From positions 933 to 64,932 of the forward strand of contig JAXLTT010000018.1 in the NCBI GenBank assembly GCA_046329875.1: 64,000 nucleotides of DNA, read 5' to 3'. Every line of letters starts with the position of its first letter. Position 1 is the stretch's first letter. The translations under genes were made by a program, and so were the position numbers. Shown here one piece after another: positions 49,962 through 59,103 of the stretch. This DNA comes from Bacteroidales bacterium. GTDB lineage: Bacteria; Bacteroidota; Bacteroidia; Bacteroidales; VadinHA17. Below the pieces are notes generated by a model. The model saw nothing but the letters and a program-made list of their open reading frames with translations, ran no database searches and was not told the origin of the DNA.

Positions 49962-50441
49962 ATGGACCTGAGGAATCTCTCAACAGCCCTGTTTGTAAAA
50001 GACATAGAGGCTTCCAAAAGCTTTTACTCCGGTATCCTCGGATTGAAGATAACCCTCGATTTTGGCAAAAACGTGATCTACTCCGGGGGGCTCACCACCT
50101 GGGAGATCCGGGAGAAGCATATTATCCCTTCAAAGCTTGGGAGGGAGAATATCTCTGATACAGGGACCAACCGTTTCGAGATCTACTTCGAAACTGAAAA
50201 TCTTGATGAGGATTTTGAGAACCTTAAGAAGAATGGGGTTAAGTTTTTACACGGGCTTCACGAAGAGCCATGGGGGCAGAGGACAATAAGGTTCTTCGAC
50301 CCTGATAATCATCTTATAGAGATTGGTGAATCGATGAAAATATTTGTCGGAAGGTTCTATAACGAAGGGTTGTCAGTTGATGAAATAGAAAAGCGCACCT
50401 CCGTACCACGCAATGAAATCATAAGATTACTGGAGCTATAA
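49962..50441 (+). CDS. VOC (glyoxalase/bleomycin-resistance fold) family protein
   Basis: 159 aa; FYSGILGLK... and PWGQRTIRFFDPDNHLIEIGE are typical of the VOC fold. Confidence 0.7.
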   Translation: MDLRNLSTALFVKDIEASKSFYSGILGLKITLDFGKNVIYSGGLTTWEIREKHIIPSKLGRENISDTGTNRFEIYFETENLDEDFENLKKNGVKFLHGLHEEPWGQRTIRFFDPDNHLIEIGESMKIFVGRFYNEGLSVDEIEKRTSVPRNEIIRLLEL

Positions 50442-50465
50442 AATAAAAAGAGCGAGTTCCTCGCA

Positions 50466-50503
<38 letters not shown>

Positions 50504-50514
50504 TTTTTAGTCTT

Positions 50515-50565
50515 CCCTGTCCGCCCCCTGGCGAAAGCTTATTGATTATACCGGCCGTGTCAGGG
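50515..50565 (-). repeat. attC-like site a (terminal, degenerate, about 51 bp)
   Basis: CCCTGTC...CCGGCCGTGTCAGGG with internal CGCCccctGGCG hairpin. Confidence 0.5.
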
Positions 50566-50585
50566 GCATTAAGATTTTTTATTAG

Positions 50586-50780
50586 TTAAGAATCCAATTC
50601 CTTAATCAATGCTTTGATCTCCTCGTATGATTCTTTTACTTTCTGTGGAAGGGAGTAGTTTACAAGATTTGATTTAAGACTTGAACCGTTTTTGGATGGT
50701 TCAATCCATGCAATGTGCATTACATTAAAAAAGATTTTTTCACCATCAGTATTTGTCAGTTCAATGAAGAGGTTTTTCAT
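50586..50780 (-). CDS. cassette ORFan, 64 aa
   Basis: MKNLFIELTNTDGEKIFFNV...; ATG at 50780 preferred. Only a vague resemblance to small FlbD-like proteins. Confidence 0.45.
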   Translation of the reverse strand: MKNLFIELTNTDGEKIFFNVMHIAWIEPSKNGSSLKSNLVNYSLPQKVKESYEEIKALIKELDS

Positions 50781-50831
50781 ATGTTGTCTGTTTTTCAGGT
50801 TACAGGAACTTATTTTTCGCAGCACTTATTG

Positions 50832-50942
50832 CCCCTCACAGCACTACGGGTGCGAGTGGCAAACAAGAGGGCCGATCCGCAAGTAGAAGGACAGGTACAC
50901 CCATGGCTGAAGCTTTTTAAACATACCAACCGTGTCAGCCGG
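50832..50942 (-). repeat. attC-like site b (about 111 bp)
   Basis: Left CCCCTCAC, right ACCAACCGTGTCAGCCGG. Confidence 0.6.
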
Positions 50943-50966
50943 AGAATTTAAACAGGTTCAGATTTA

Positions 50967-51347
50967 TCATTTTGCCCTGATATAAAGGCTTGTATATCCA
51001 TCGTTTGGTACGATGGTCAGGGAGTCGCCACTTTGGTATATTCCAACATAGGCATATTTTACACCTGGAAATAAAGAATCAAAATCTAACTCCAGGAAAT
51101 TCTCATTTTGTGCGATAATCCTGATCTTCCCTTTTTTGTCGCTGTTATATTGAAATAACCCATATTTTATAAACTTAATTGTATGATAATTGCTAGTGTC
51201 AAATCCAGTATGAGTTACCGTGTAAACATAATTCCAGGTTCCATAAATGTTTTGATACTGCTCTGTAAAGATCTCGTCCTTGTAGCCTTTTTCACAACCA
51301 CTTATGAAAATTGCCAGTAAAAAACCAATTATTATTCTTGCTTTCAT
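50967..51347 (-). CDS. cassette lipoprotein ORFan, 126 aa
   Basis: MKARIIIGFLLAIFISGC lipobox. Confidence 0.6.
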   Translation of the reverse strand: MKARIIIGFLLAIFISGCEKGYKDEIFTEQYQNIYGTWNYVYTVTHTGFDTSNYHTIKFIKYGLFQYNSDKKGKIRIIAQNENFLELDFDSLFPGVKYAYVGIYQSGDSLTIVPNDGYTSLYIRAK

Positions 51348-51442
51348 ATGATTGAACTGACAGTTATACAAGTTACAGAGATTTTGGCTATTTCTAAAAA
51401 AAATCAATTGACCAGATTGCTATTGTTTCGTGAGGAATACTA

Positions 51443-51636
51443 CGACTAACGACGCGGCGAGTGTGCGCCAGGGCACAAGGCGAAAGTTTAAAGAGGGCCG
51501 AGCGTAAAGAAATTGCCTTAATGGCAATTTTAGCGAGGAGCCAGCTTGCAGGGATGTAGTATGTGATCCGTCCACTGGCGGAACCAGTTCGCACGCTGGC
51601 GGAAACAACTTACCCATATTGTCCGTGTTAGCCATA
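51443..51636 (-). repeat. attC-like site c (about 194 bp)
   Basis: Left CGACTAACGACGCGGC, right TATTGTCCGTGTTAGCCATA. Confidence 0.7.
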
Positions 51637-51657
51637 GGTTGGATTCGATATCCTTTT

Positions 51658-52554
51658 TTAATAAAGAGATCCCTTTTCTTGTTTCTTAATCTCCCTGGAA
51701 GTCATCTCTTTTTGCATAATGCTTTTCAAATATACTACCTTTGTTTTTCTAATCTCGCTTGCAGGCAAAAGGCTTCCATCCTGGCCTGAGTATTTAATTT
51801 GTAGGCTTTCCGCTCTCCCATTTTCTTTAGGTGCAACAACGTATAGTGTCAATGTTTCAGCAGCACTAATTATACCAATTGGTTCACCGGGATAAACTAC
51901 CTGTCCAAGTTTAAGAAATGTGACTTCAGGATTTAATCCCAGATAGATCGCAATAGTTCCGTCATTTTGCAAAATTTCAAGACTTGAAGACTTAATAAAT
52001 CTTTCAACTTCTGTTTTATTGTCTTGTAGTGCAATCACTGTCCCTTTCCGTATAGCGTATACGGTATCATTTATGGACATTTTGAATTTGTTGAGATTAT
52101 AAACGGTAGCCTCTCCTAGTTTTTCTTCCTTAAAACTTACAATTTTCCCTTCACCTATTGGGATGAAATAAGGAAATTCTAAATCGGCCTTATCCGCGGG
52201 CAATAGTTTAAAACTGATACCGTAACTGTAATTAATTGATTTAGATTTGTCTTGTACATCAAAGACACAAATACGATTTCTACCATGATAGACCTTTGTA
52301 TGATACTCAAAGATGTTGGGAGAGAGATTAAGAAGAGCACTAAAATGAATTGTGAAATCATACGTTAGGTAAGATTTATTTATAGCATCAAAAGTGACTC
52401 TAGAACTTGATTTCTCTACATCCATAGAGATGGGGGAATTAATTCTACCTCCCAGGGTCATTTCTTCAACTTTTGAATATTGCCCAATAAGCAATTGGTG
52501 AGAAATTATTAGAATTAGTAAAGTAGAAGCCGTTGGTAAATGTATTTTTTTCAT
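51658..52554 (-). CDS. cassette secreted protein with degenerate LytM/M23-like C-terminal domain
   Basis: Signal peptide MKKIHLPTASTLLILI. The GTVIAL...LEILQNDGTIAIYLGL...LKLGQVVYPGEPIGII pattern resembles M23 but lacks the His ligands. Confidence 0.5.
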   Translation of the reverse strand: MKKIHLPTASTLLILIISHQLLIGQYSKVEEMTLGGRINSPISMDVEKSSSRVTFDAINKSYLTYDFTIHFSALLNLSPNIFEYHTKVYHGRNRICVFDVQDKSKSINYSYGISFKLLPADKADLEFPYFIPIGEGKIVSFKEEKLGEATVYNLNKFKMSINDTVYAIRKGTVIALQDNKTEVERFIKSSSLEILQNDGTIAIYLGLNPEVTFLKLGQVVYPGEPIGIISAAETLTLYVVAPKENGRAESLQIKYSGQDGSLLPASEIRKTKVVYLKSIMQKEMTSREIKKQEKGSLY

Positions 52555-52578
52555 GTTTGTCATTATTTCGATTAAACT

Positions 52579-52755
52579 TATGGCTAGCGGCCTGGCGGGG
52601 TGCGTTTCACGCACAAGGAAAAAGTTAAAAGAGGGCCGCGCGTAAAGAAATTGCCTTAATGGCAATTTTAGCGAGGAGCCAGCTTGCAGGGGTTGTAGTA
52701 TGTGATCCGCCCACTGGCGGAGCCTACTAAACATACCGACCGTGTTACAGGCATT
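52579..52755 (-). repeat. attC-like site d (about 177 bp)
   Basis: Left TATGGCTAGCGGCCTGGC, right ACATACCGACCGTGTTACAGGC. Confidence 0.7.
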
Positions 52756-52769
52756 TATGTTAAACTTAA

Positions 52770-53384
52770 TTATGAAAGAGATTTTAATATTAAAGAGATG
52801 GTCAAAATTAAAAACATAATAGCTGCAACAAACCTATTAATCCTAATAGCCTCCTGAATTCGTAATTTACTTTGAGCTGAGAGTTCATCAATTAGTCTTA
52901 GCTTTTGATCGTTCAATCCTCTTCTTTCAAACTTAGTTAGAAGCTCTGTTTTTTTGTCTTCAAGGTTTTTGAATTTTTGAAATAGTTTTTTGTAGATATA
53001 GTTATCGAGTAACATTATAAAGACTACAATTGCAATACTCGCAATCCAAAAAATTGGCGGAAGGTCATTGAAATTGATGTTTTGAAGTTTCAATAACACA
53101 ACTATAAAGGTTATTAAGAGGGAAATAACTATTAAAGAAGTTTTCAAATTGAAATAGGGCCTTTTAGAGAGTTCAATACAGAGATTATCTAATTCCTCTT
53201 CAATATTTTCTAGTTTAAATGAATCCTTTAATGATTCAACATCAGTTAAGTTAAAGTGACGGTTCTCTAGTTCTAATCTGGCAAATGGAATAACTTCATC
53301 AGGGAGAAAAGAATTTCCAGAATAGATATCGTAAAGTTCCTTTGAGGTTTTTTCTTTTAATATTTCTGTCCAATTGTATTGCAT
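52770..53384 (-). CDS. cassette membrane ORFan, 204 aa (3 TM helices)
   Basis: Hydrophobic helices at about aa 83-105, 118-138 and 182-202. Confidence 0.6.
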   Translation of the reverse strand: MQYNWTEILKEKTSKELYDIYSGNSFLPDEVIPFARLELENRHFNLTDVESLKDSFKLENIEEELDNLCIELSKRPYFNLKTSLIVISLLITFIVVLLKLQNINFNDLPPIFWIASIAIVVFIMLLDNYIYKKLFQKFKNLEDKKTELLTKFERRGLNDQKLRLIDELSAQSKLRIQEAIRINRFVAAIMFLILTISLILKSLS

Positions 53385-53405
53385 TCGATTAGAAATTTCT
53401 GATTA

Positions 53406-53537
53406 ATTGCCTATAACGGCCCGGCTGGGTGTGTGTAGGGCAAAAGGCGAAAGTTTAAAGGCGAAAGTAAAGAAAACTTTATCCCCCAGTCCGCCTGCTG
53501 GCGGAGATTATTAATTATACCGTCCGTGTTAGGTAAT
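53406..53537 (-). repeat. attC-like site e (about 132 bp)
   Basis: Left ATTGCCTATAACGGCCCGGC, right ATACCGTCCGTGTTAGGTAAT. Confidence 0.75.
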
Positions 53538-53545
53538 GTGATTTG

Positions 53546-53917
53546 TTAATTTATCCTCATGGACTTATTTTTAAAGTCCTCTCTTGTACAATCTATAATT
53601 GCTCCGCTAAAAGTCTTTCTGTAGATATGGAATGAGTTTTTAATTTTAAATACTGAATCTCCAATCTCTATTCCGTTTTTCAGATCACTATAATAAACGC
53701 TTAAGTCTAGCCTTTCTCCATTACTAAATGTTATAATAGTACTTCCATGATTATCTGAATGTATTCTTTTCTCTATTACTTTACCTGAAAAGGATGACTT
53801 GTAGAATTCTAAGTTCGCTTTATGGTTGATATAAAAAGCATACCCAAAGAAACATACTACACTATTAATTATTAATGCAATACAACCATATTTGCGGTAT
53901 TTATAAGGTAATCCCAT
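53546..53917 (-). CDS. cassette ORFan with N-terminal TM anchor, 123 aa
   Basis: One TM helix (GCIALIINSVVCFFGYAFYI). Confidence 0.55.
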   Translation of the reverse strand: MGLPYKYRKYGCIALIINSVVCFFGYAFYINHKANLEFYKSSFSGKVIEKRIHSDNHGSTIITFSNGERLDLSVYYSDLKNGIEIGDSVFKIKNSFHIYRKTFSGAIIDCTREDFKNKSMRIN

Positions 53918-53954
53918 TTGTAATTTATCTCAGAACCTAAAGATTCTTTCGCAT

Positions 53955-54094
53955 ATTACCTAACGGTTGACGACACAGGGACGTGCGTGGATTTAGGGGC
54001 GAAAACCTATCAGATTACAATGTGTTTGTTTACGAGCTGCAACCGCCCAAAACCCGCCCTGTAACCCGCATGCCCGGGGTTGTTTGTTGCAGGG
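53955..54094 (-). repeat. attC-like site f (about 140 bp)
   Basis: Left ATTACCTAACGGTTG, right CCCGGGGTTGTTTGTTGCAGGG. Confidence 0.7.
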
Positions 54095-54200
54095 GGTAAT
54101 TTATTCTGCATCAATATTGAACTCAATATCAACAATTTCATAGATTACTTAATAGTCCGGTTAGCAACTCAAATGATATAATTTCCTGTTTTCATATAAT

Positions 54201-54234
54201 AAGAAGAGACGACTATAAGAGGTCGTCACTTCTT
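54201..54234 (-). terminator. hairpin downstream of cassette ORF 54254-55003
   Basis: AAGAAGAGACGAC-tataagag-GTCGTCACTTCTT; only a modest T-run follows on the sense strand. Confidence 0.4.
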
Positions 54235-54253
54235 ATAATTGAATAAACTCTTA

Positions 54254-55003
54254 TTATTTTTTATTATAATCTTCTACCATCCTGGTGAAAGCCTCTAAAG
54301 TATCCATGTGGAAGCTGGATTCAAAGACAGGTCCTTTTACAAAAAGATTTCTAAAACCATATTTGTTTTTAGCGTAATCGGTTAAAACGGTTTTATTATC
54401 GCCGAAAAGATTCTTTAAATTTATGGTAGACAAATTTTTCGCCTCCTCTCCTGCTTTTTGGGCAAGAATCTCAAAGTTATTTTCCTGCCATTTGACATAA
54501 TCAGCATCACTAACCTTCGTCCGGTCAGGTAAGTAGGAAGTAACGATACCCTGGGTATGGTGGTATTTTTTTAAAACGGTTATCTTTCCTTCCGTGGCAA
54601 CTTCCAGCATCATCTTTCTAGGTATCTGGTCTTGTTTTCTTTTCGCAAAAAGATTGACATATGTCTCCTGTTTGAATTTTTTACCATTTTCAAGTGTAAA
54701 ACTTTGCAGGTCGTCGGCATCATAAACCACAACCGAGCCTTTGTCTATTTCTTTCCCTGCTTTGTAGGCTTCATACGCTTTCTCGTCAATCAGGTAAACC
54801 TTTTTTTGAAAATCCTGGGGGTTCATCATATCAAAATATATGTATCCATTAACAGTATCCCCGTTTTTCATCGTTACCGTACCTTTTTCATATGTCCAAA
54901 CCGAACTGGGAGTTCTTAACTGAGCTTTAGCATGGTTACATGTCAGGCTAAAAAGCATTACCAGCATGAGTGTAATCGTTGAAATTCTGTTTGTTGCTTT
55001 CAT
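54254..55003 (-). CDS. cassette secreted ORFan, 249 aa
   Basis: Signal peptide ..LTCNHAKAQ. Confidence 0.6.
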   Translation of the reverse strand: MKATNRISTITLMLVMLFSLTCNHAKAQLRTPSSVWTYEKGTVTMKNGDTVNGYIYFDMMNPQDFQKKVYLIDEKAYEAYKAGKEIDKGSVVVYDADDLQSFTLENGKKFKQETYVNLFAKRKQDQIPRKMMLEVATEGKITVLKKYHHTQGIVTSYLPDRTKVSDADYVKWQENNFEILAQKAGEEAKNLSTINLKNLFGDNKTVLTDYAKNKYGFRNLFVKGPVFESSFHMDTLEAFTRMVEDYNKK

Positions 55004-55226
55004 AATTTTGATTTTATTAAAATTAGGGTTACTCTCTTAAAAAAATCTTTGCACCGAAGATTTGTAATTGTAGTTTGCAATAAATTTGGGTTGCTTTGCA
55101 TCTTTCAAGGTTTATTAGTAATATACAAAAAAGCATCTGATTTTCGTAATCAATCCTTATCTTTTTTATCCTTGAATGATTCTTTGTGAAAAAACAATTA
55201 TTGTACTTTCACTCTGTGGTTTTATG

Positions 55227-55418
55227 CCCTGCAACGGCCAGGCGGGGGTGCGCGGAGCGCACAAGGCGAAAGTTTAAAGGAGAAAGGCGAAAGTCAAAAG
55301 TAAAAAGTAAGAAAAGCAATTGGGCTGATAAATCACTTGCAGTTTCTGTCAAGGTGGCCTTTAGGTCCCCGGCAAAAAGTGTGACAAACAAATGAACTTT
55401 ATTGTCCATGTTAGCATT
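55227..55418 (-). repeat. attC-like site g (about 192 bp)
   Basis: Left CCCTGCAACGGCCAGGC, right TTATTGTCCATGTTAGCATT. Confidence 0.7.
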
Positions 55419-55426
55419 CGTTTATT

Positions 55427-56338
55427 TTAATGTAATGGTTCGATGGAATCTATAATTACTTTCCCAATGTTACCATTCACAAAATAATTTATTTGAATTT
55501 TTATTTTGTTTTGTTCTAATCTTGGATCATAATTTATCCAATCTAGTGGCATTTTGTAAATAATATCCTGCATTGTCTTGGCGAACGGAATACTACCATT
55601 GTAACTTATTCTCTGAATGTTTATTGAATCGTGGAAAGTTGTTAACTCAAATATTGCATTTGAATTCTGAACAAAAAATGGTTGGCTTTTAACTCTCTTT
55701 TCAAAAACTGATTTATAAAAGAGGGACTTAAACCTTTCTAAGCTTCCAAGTTGATCATAACTTTTTAAACCATTGTTATATATCATATTGTTATTTGTGA
55801 AATCATATTTACAGGCTATGGAGCCATTTTTAAAATAGTAATTCCATATACCTACTTTTTTGTTGTCAATATATTCTCCAACTGCTGCAGTCCGAATTCC
55901 ATTTGTGTCAAGAGAAATCTTAATTGGGTCATTTCCTTTCGGCAGGGTTGCTGTTGTATGTTTTTTACCTCCGAAAAGATTTACAATATTATCATTTTCT
56001 GAATCTGGAATGTAAAAATATACCCATTTACCAGTCTTCTTGTCATTTTTAAACTCTCCTATTGAAAGCAAAGGATTTGCGACATTCTCTGGATCACAGA
56101 ATATCCATCCTCCAGTTTTCTTATTATTATCATAGTTTCCGTAAGCTTCAATGGATTTATCGTACATATTCATAGATTCAAAATACTTCAGGTACTGCCC
56201 CTGTCTAACATTCTTATCACTCTTTAGTACATAATAAACCTCTCCAAATTGGTCATTCGACCTGATGATTTTTTTCAGTTCTTGAGCTTTCAAACTAGTC
56301 GAAATAATTAAGAAACAAAGTAGGATTTTGATTTTCAT
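55427..56338 (-). CDS. cassette MORN-repeat-variant (YwqK-like) secreted protein
   Basis: Signal peptide; repeated KKTGGW / KKTGKWVYFY / KKVGIWNYYFKNG units. Confidence 0.7.
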   Translation of the reverse strand: MKIKILLCFLIISTSLKAQELKKIIRSNDQFGEVYYVLKSDKNVRQGQYLKYFESMNMYDKSIEAYGNYDNNKKTGGWIFCDPENVANPLLSIGEFKNDKKTGKWVYFYIPDSENDNIVNLFGGKKHTTATLPKGNDPIKISLDTNGIRTAAVGEYIDNKKVGIWNYYFKNGSIACKYDFTNNNMIYNNGLKSYDQLGSLERFKSLFYKSVFEKRVKSQPFFVQNSNAIFELTTFHDSINIQRISYNGSIPFAKTMQDIIYKMPLDWINYDPRLEQNKIKIQINYFVNGNIGKVIIDSIEPLH

Positions 56339-56374
56339 ATTTTAAAAAGATTATGGCTTATACTAATATCTATT

Positions 56375-56794
56375 AATGCTAAAGGTCCGGCGAGGGCTGA
56401 GCGTTAATAAACAGCCCTGGCGGGCTGTTTTAGCGAAGAGCCGGTCTGCAGGGGCGGAGTAAGCGTAACCCGACGAAGCATCCGTGCACAATCCTGATAC
56501 CCCACGGTAGCGGGGCCACAAAACTGTCCCGGTGCGAGGAGGGTTTGGCATGTGTTTTTGCAGTCATGTTGTGAAGTGTCTTGCCTCTACGTGTATCGCG
56601 GTACAATGAGTCTTGGAGTTAGAAATTTGTCCTGGTGTAGATACTTAATTGAAATTACTTGAGGGGCGCCCTATGTCGGAGCGAAGCGGAGATTGGGGCG
56701 CGGGGCTCTGTCACGGTGTAGTATTAGTCATAGCAGCAGGAGCAAAAGCAAAAACCATGACAAGCTTATTAAACATACCGACCGTGTTAGCGGG
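56375..56794 (-). repeat. attC-like site h (about 420 bp, carries the module shared with site j)
   Basis: Left AATGCTAAAGGTCCGGCGAGGGCTGAGCG, right AACATACCGACCGTGTTAGCGGG. Confidence 0.65.
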
Positions 56795-56816
56795 TGACCC
56801 TGTTTAAGTTATAAGT

Positions 56817-57839
56817 TTAATGTTCGTTTTCAGTATTTGAGTCAGGATACTCATCATCAAATATGAATTTTACATTCTTAAATCTAACTATCAATTCTTT
56901 CTGCTCAGTAAGTTTTAACTTGTTATTGCCCATGATTATCTTGAGATTTCTAATTGAATCTAATGAATCTGGTAGTCTAATACCCACATTAGCTGTTAAA
57001 TTCAATTCTTGAAGATTTCTCAACTTAGAGAATGATTCAGGAATGTCCTTAATGTAATTTACTTCCAGATTTAGGATTTTAAGATTTTCTAGCGCTGAAA
57101 TCTCATCTGGGAGACTATGCAAGTTATTGGTGTTTAATTCGAGTTCCTCTAGTTTTGAAAGGTTGGAGATATAAGGTGGAATTTCGTTAATACGATTATA
57201 GGAGAGTTTCAGTTTCTTTAGTGAGGTCAAGGAAAAGATTTCTTTTTGTATCTCAGTCAGAGCATTTCTACCCAAGTCTAGGTATTCGAGATTTAGCAGA
57301 TTAGTAATTTCTGAGGGTAATTGCTTTGCTAAAGTTGTATCGGATTTACCTCTAGTATCCAATCCGCCAAACAATACCAGCATCGTCAGATTCTTTAATT
57401 TACCAATTGAGGAGGGAAGAAATATGTTCATTGTGCAACTGTTGCTATTATCGACAATCAGTTTCTCTAAATATCTGAGGGAGCCAATTTCAGGTGGAAG
57501 ATCTATTAGGTTTTCAAGACAGTGAATCTCAAGGATTGTCAAGTTCCTGAGTGTGCTAATTTCTGAGGGCAAATGTTTCAGGTTATAATACTTTGAAGTT
57601 TCAGTGCTAGGATTCCACTTTGGTGTAATAATAAGATGATAGATTCTGTCTGACAATAATAATGCTGAGTCTAGATCAGTGATTGTTAAAGTATCATCCC
57701 CAATCTCTCTGTTAATTGAGGGCTCAATTGCAGGAATAGAATCTATATTTATTACTCCTGACTTTGTTGATGGGGCCCTTGGTGTTTGACTACATCCGAT
57801 TATTACAACTAATGCAAAGGAATAAACGGCTGATTTCAT
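56817..57839 (-). CDS. cassette leucine-rich-repeat lipoprotein
   Basis: Lipobox VIIGCSQ; at least 9 LxxLxLxxNxL repeats (LKKLKLSYNRINEIP, LEELELNTNNLHSLP...). Confidence 0.85.
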   Translation of the reverse strand: MKSAVYSFALVVIIGCSQTPRAPSTKSGVINIDSIPAIEPSINREIGDDTLTITDLDSALLLSDRIYHLIITPKWNPSTETSKYYNLKHLPSEISTLRNLTILEIHCLENLIDLPPEIGSLRYLEKLIVDNSNSCTMNIFLPSSIGKLKNLTMLVLFGGLDTRGKSDTTLAKQLPSEITNLLNLEYLDLGRNALTEIQKEIFSLTSLKKLKLSYNRINEIPPYISNLSKLEELELNTNNLHSLPDEISALENLKILNLEVNYIKDIPESFSKLRNLQELNLTANVGIRLPDSLDSIRNLKIIMGNNKLKLTEQKELIVRFKNVKFIFDDEYPDSNTENEH

Positions 57840-57859
57840 AGTAGTTAGTTATGATTAAC

Positions 57860-58201
57860 CGCTAACGGCCCGGCGAGGGCTGAGCGTAAATAAATTGCCT
57901 GAATGGCAATTTTAGCGAGGAGCCAGCTTGCAGGGGTGGCAATATAAGGTAAAAGTTAAAAGTAAAAAGTCAAAAGTAAAAAGGCAAAAGTAAAAAGTAA
58001 GAAAAGCATTCGGGCTGCTAAACCACTTGGGGTATTTGCTCGGCTGGCGTTTACGTCACCGGGGAAAAACCATGACAACTGCGTAAGCCGAAGCTTTCTT
58101 GACCACCAAAGCTTTCTTGTCCACCGAAGCTTTAGCGGAGGTGGAAGCGTAGTCGGGGGCGAAGGCTTAGCTTATTAAACATACCGACCGTGTTATAGGC
58201 T
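57860..58201 (-). repeat. attC-like site i (about 342 bp)
   Basis: Left CCGCTAACGGCCCGGCGAGGGCTGAGCG, right AACATACCGACCGTGTTATAGGC. Contains an AAAAGT-rich tract. Confidence 0.7.
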
Positions 58202-58223
58202 GCTCTTTTATTTCATACCATTT

Positions 58224-59072
58224 TTACCAAAGTTTCCGTTTGCTCTTTATTGTCAATTCTTTAATCGTTTTCTTGGTCGTTGAACGTGGTTTTGTTTCTT
58301 CTGATTTTAACTGCTGGTCAACAATTTGTATTATCCAAATATCAAAGTCAGCAACGAAGCCATACATTGTATTTTTTATATCGAAATCAATTTGAACGTC
58401 AATTGTGTCAATCTTTTCAATTAAATGCGCTGTCAGTTTATGTCTGATTGGAAGATACCATTGAACCACTGGTTTATTGTCCCAACTTGCATAATTCAAA
58501 ACAAGAATTTCTGCATTTTCAAAGTCCGTTTTGTTCGGTTTGTTTGATTGGTTTATTCGAGTTGTTGCGATTAAATTATGTCCATATTCGTCATTTTTAA
58601 TTGCTTCTAAAACAACAGCTCCGCCGTAATTTCCGTTTTCAAGTTTAAAAGCCAAACAATCACCTTTTTCAAAAACTGGTTGTCTAATTAGTTTCTTTTT
58701 CCTTGATTTTACTTTAGGTATTTCTTTTTGTAAGTCAGCAAGAAAATTGTCAAGAGCTGTTTTACGTTTTTGGATGGTCTTTTCGTCAGCGTCAAGTTGT
58801 CTCCAGACTTCAAGGTCTGCGCCTGTTTCAATAACTTTTTTAACTCGGTCTAAAATATCTTTGTCCAATTGTTTACATTCCCATTGTGCTTTTGCCAAAG
58901 CAAACCAAAAGTTATTACAGTCTTCCGTATCATTAATTGTTTCTTGATTGTCTGCGATTAACTTTTTTGAAATTTCTCCAACATCAAGTCCACCATTATA
59001 CAAGTCAAAAAATATCCTGTAAGTATCAGAGTAAGTGTCGTTAGATGATATTGCTGTTCCCCAAGTTCCCAT
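58224..59072 (-). CDS. cassette DUF4259 domain protein
   Basis: MGTWGTAISSNDTYSDTY... start is characteristic of DUF4259. Confidence 0.65.
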   Translation of the reverse strand: MGTWGTAISSNDTYSDTYRIFFDLYNGGLDVGEISKKLIADNQETINDTEDCNNFWFALAKAQWECKQLDKDILDRVKKVIETGADLEVWRQLDADEKTIQKRKTALDNFLADLQKEIPKVKSRKKKLIRQPVFEKGDCLAFKLENGNYGGAVVLEAIKNDEYGHNLIATTRINQSNKPNKTDFENAEILVLNYASWDNKPVVQWYLPIRHKLTAHLIEKIDTIDVQIDFDIKNTMYGFVADFDIWIIQIVDQQLKSEETKPRSTTKKTIKELTIKSKRKLW

Positions 59073-59103
59073 ATATTTTGTATTGTCCTGTTTTTTTAGA
59101 GTT

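Noticed and set aside
51394-51635. ORFs 51394-51594 and 51420-51635 (minus). Similar ORFs lie inside GC-rich spacers: 55186-55395, 55209-55409, 56363-56551, 59257-59451, 60886-61149 and 60933-61118.
   Set aside because: They lie wholly within the attC-like inverted-repeat sites and are built from the repeated modules. They have Ala/Arg/Gly/Pro-rich composition typical of translated GC-rich structure. I treat them as non-coding.
51658-52734. Long N-terminal extensions of cassette ORFs (51658-52734; 61282-62277; 50586-50825; 50967-51407; 59681-60826)
   Set aside because: The extensions read through attC-like sequence or through a promoter box. Internal ATGs give canonical signal peptides or lipoboxes (52554, 62148, 51347) or sit just downstream of a -7 box (60805).
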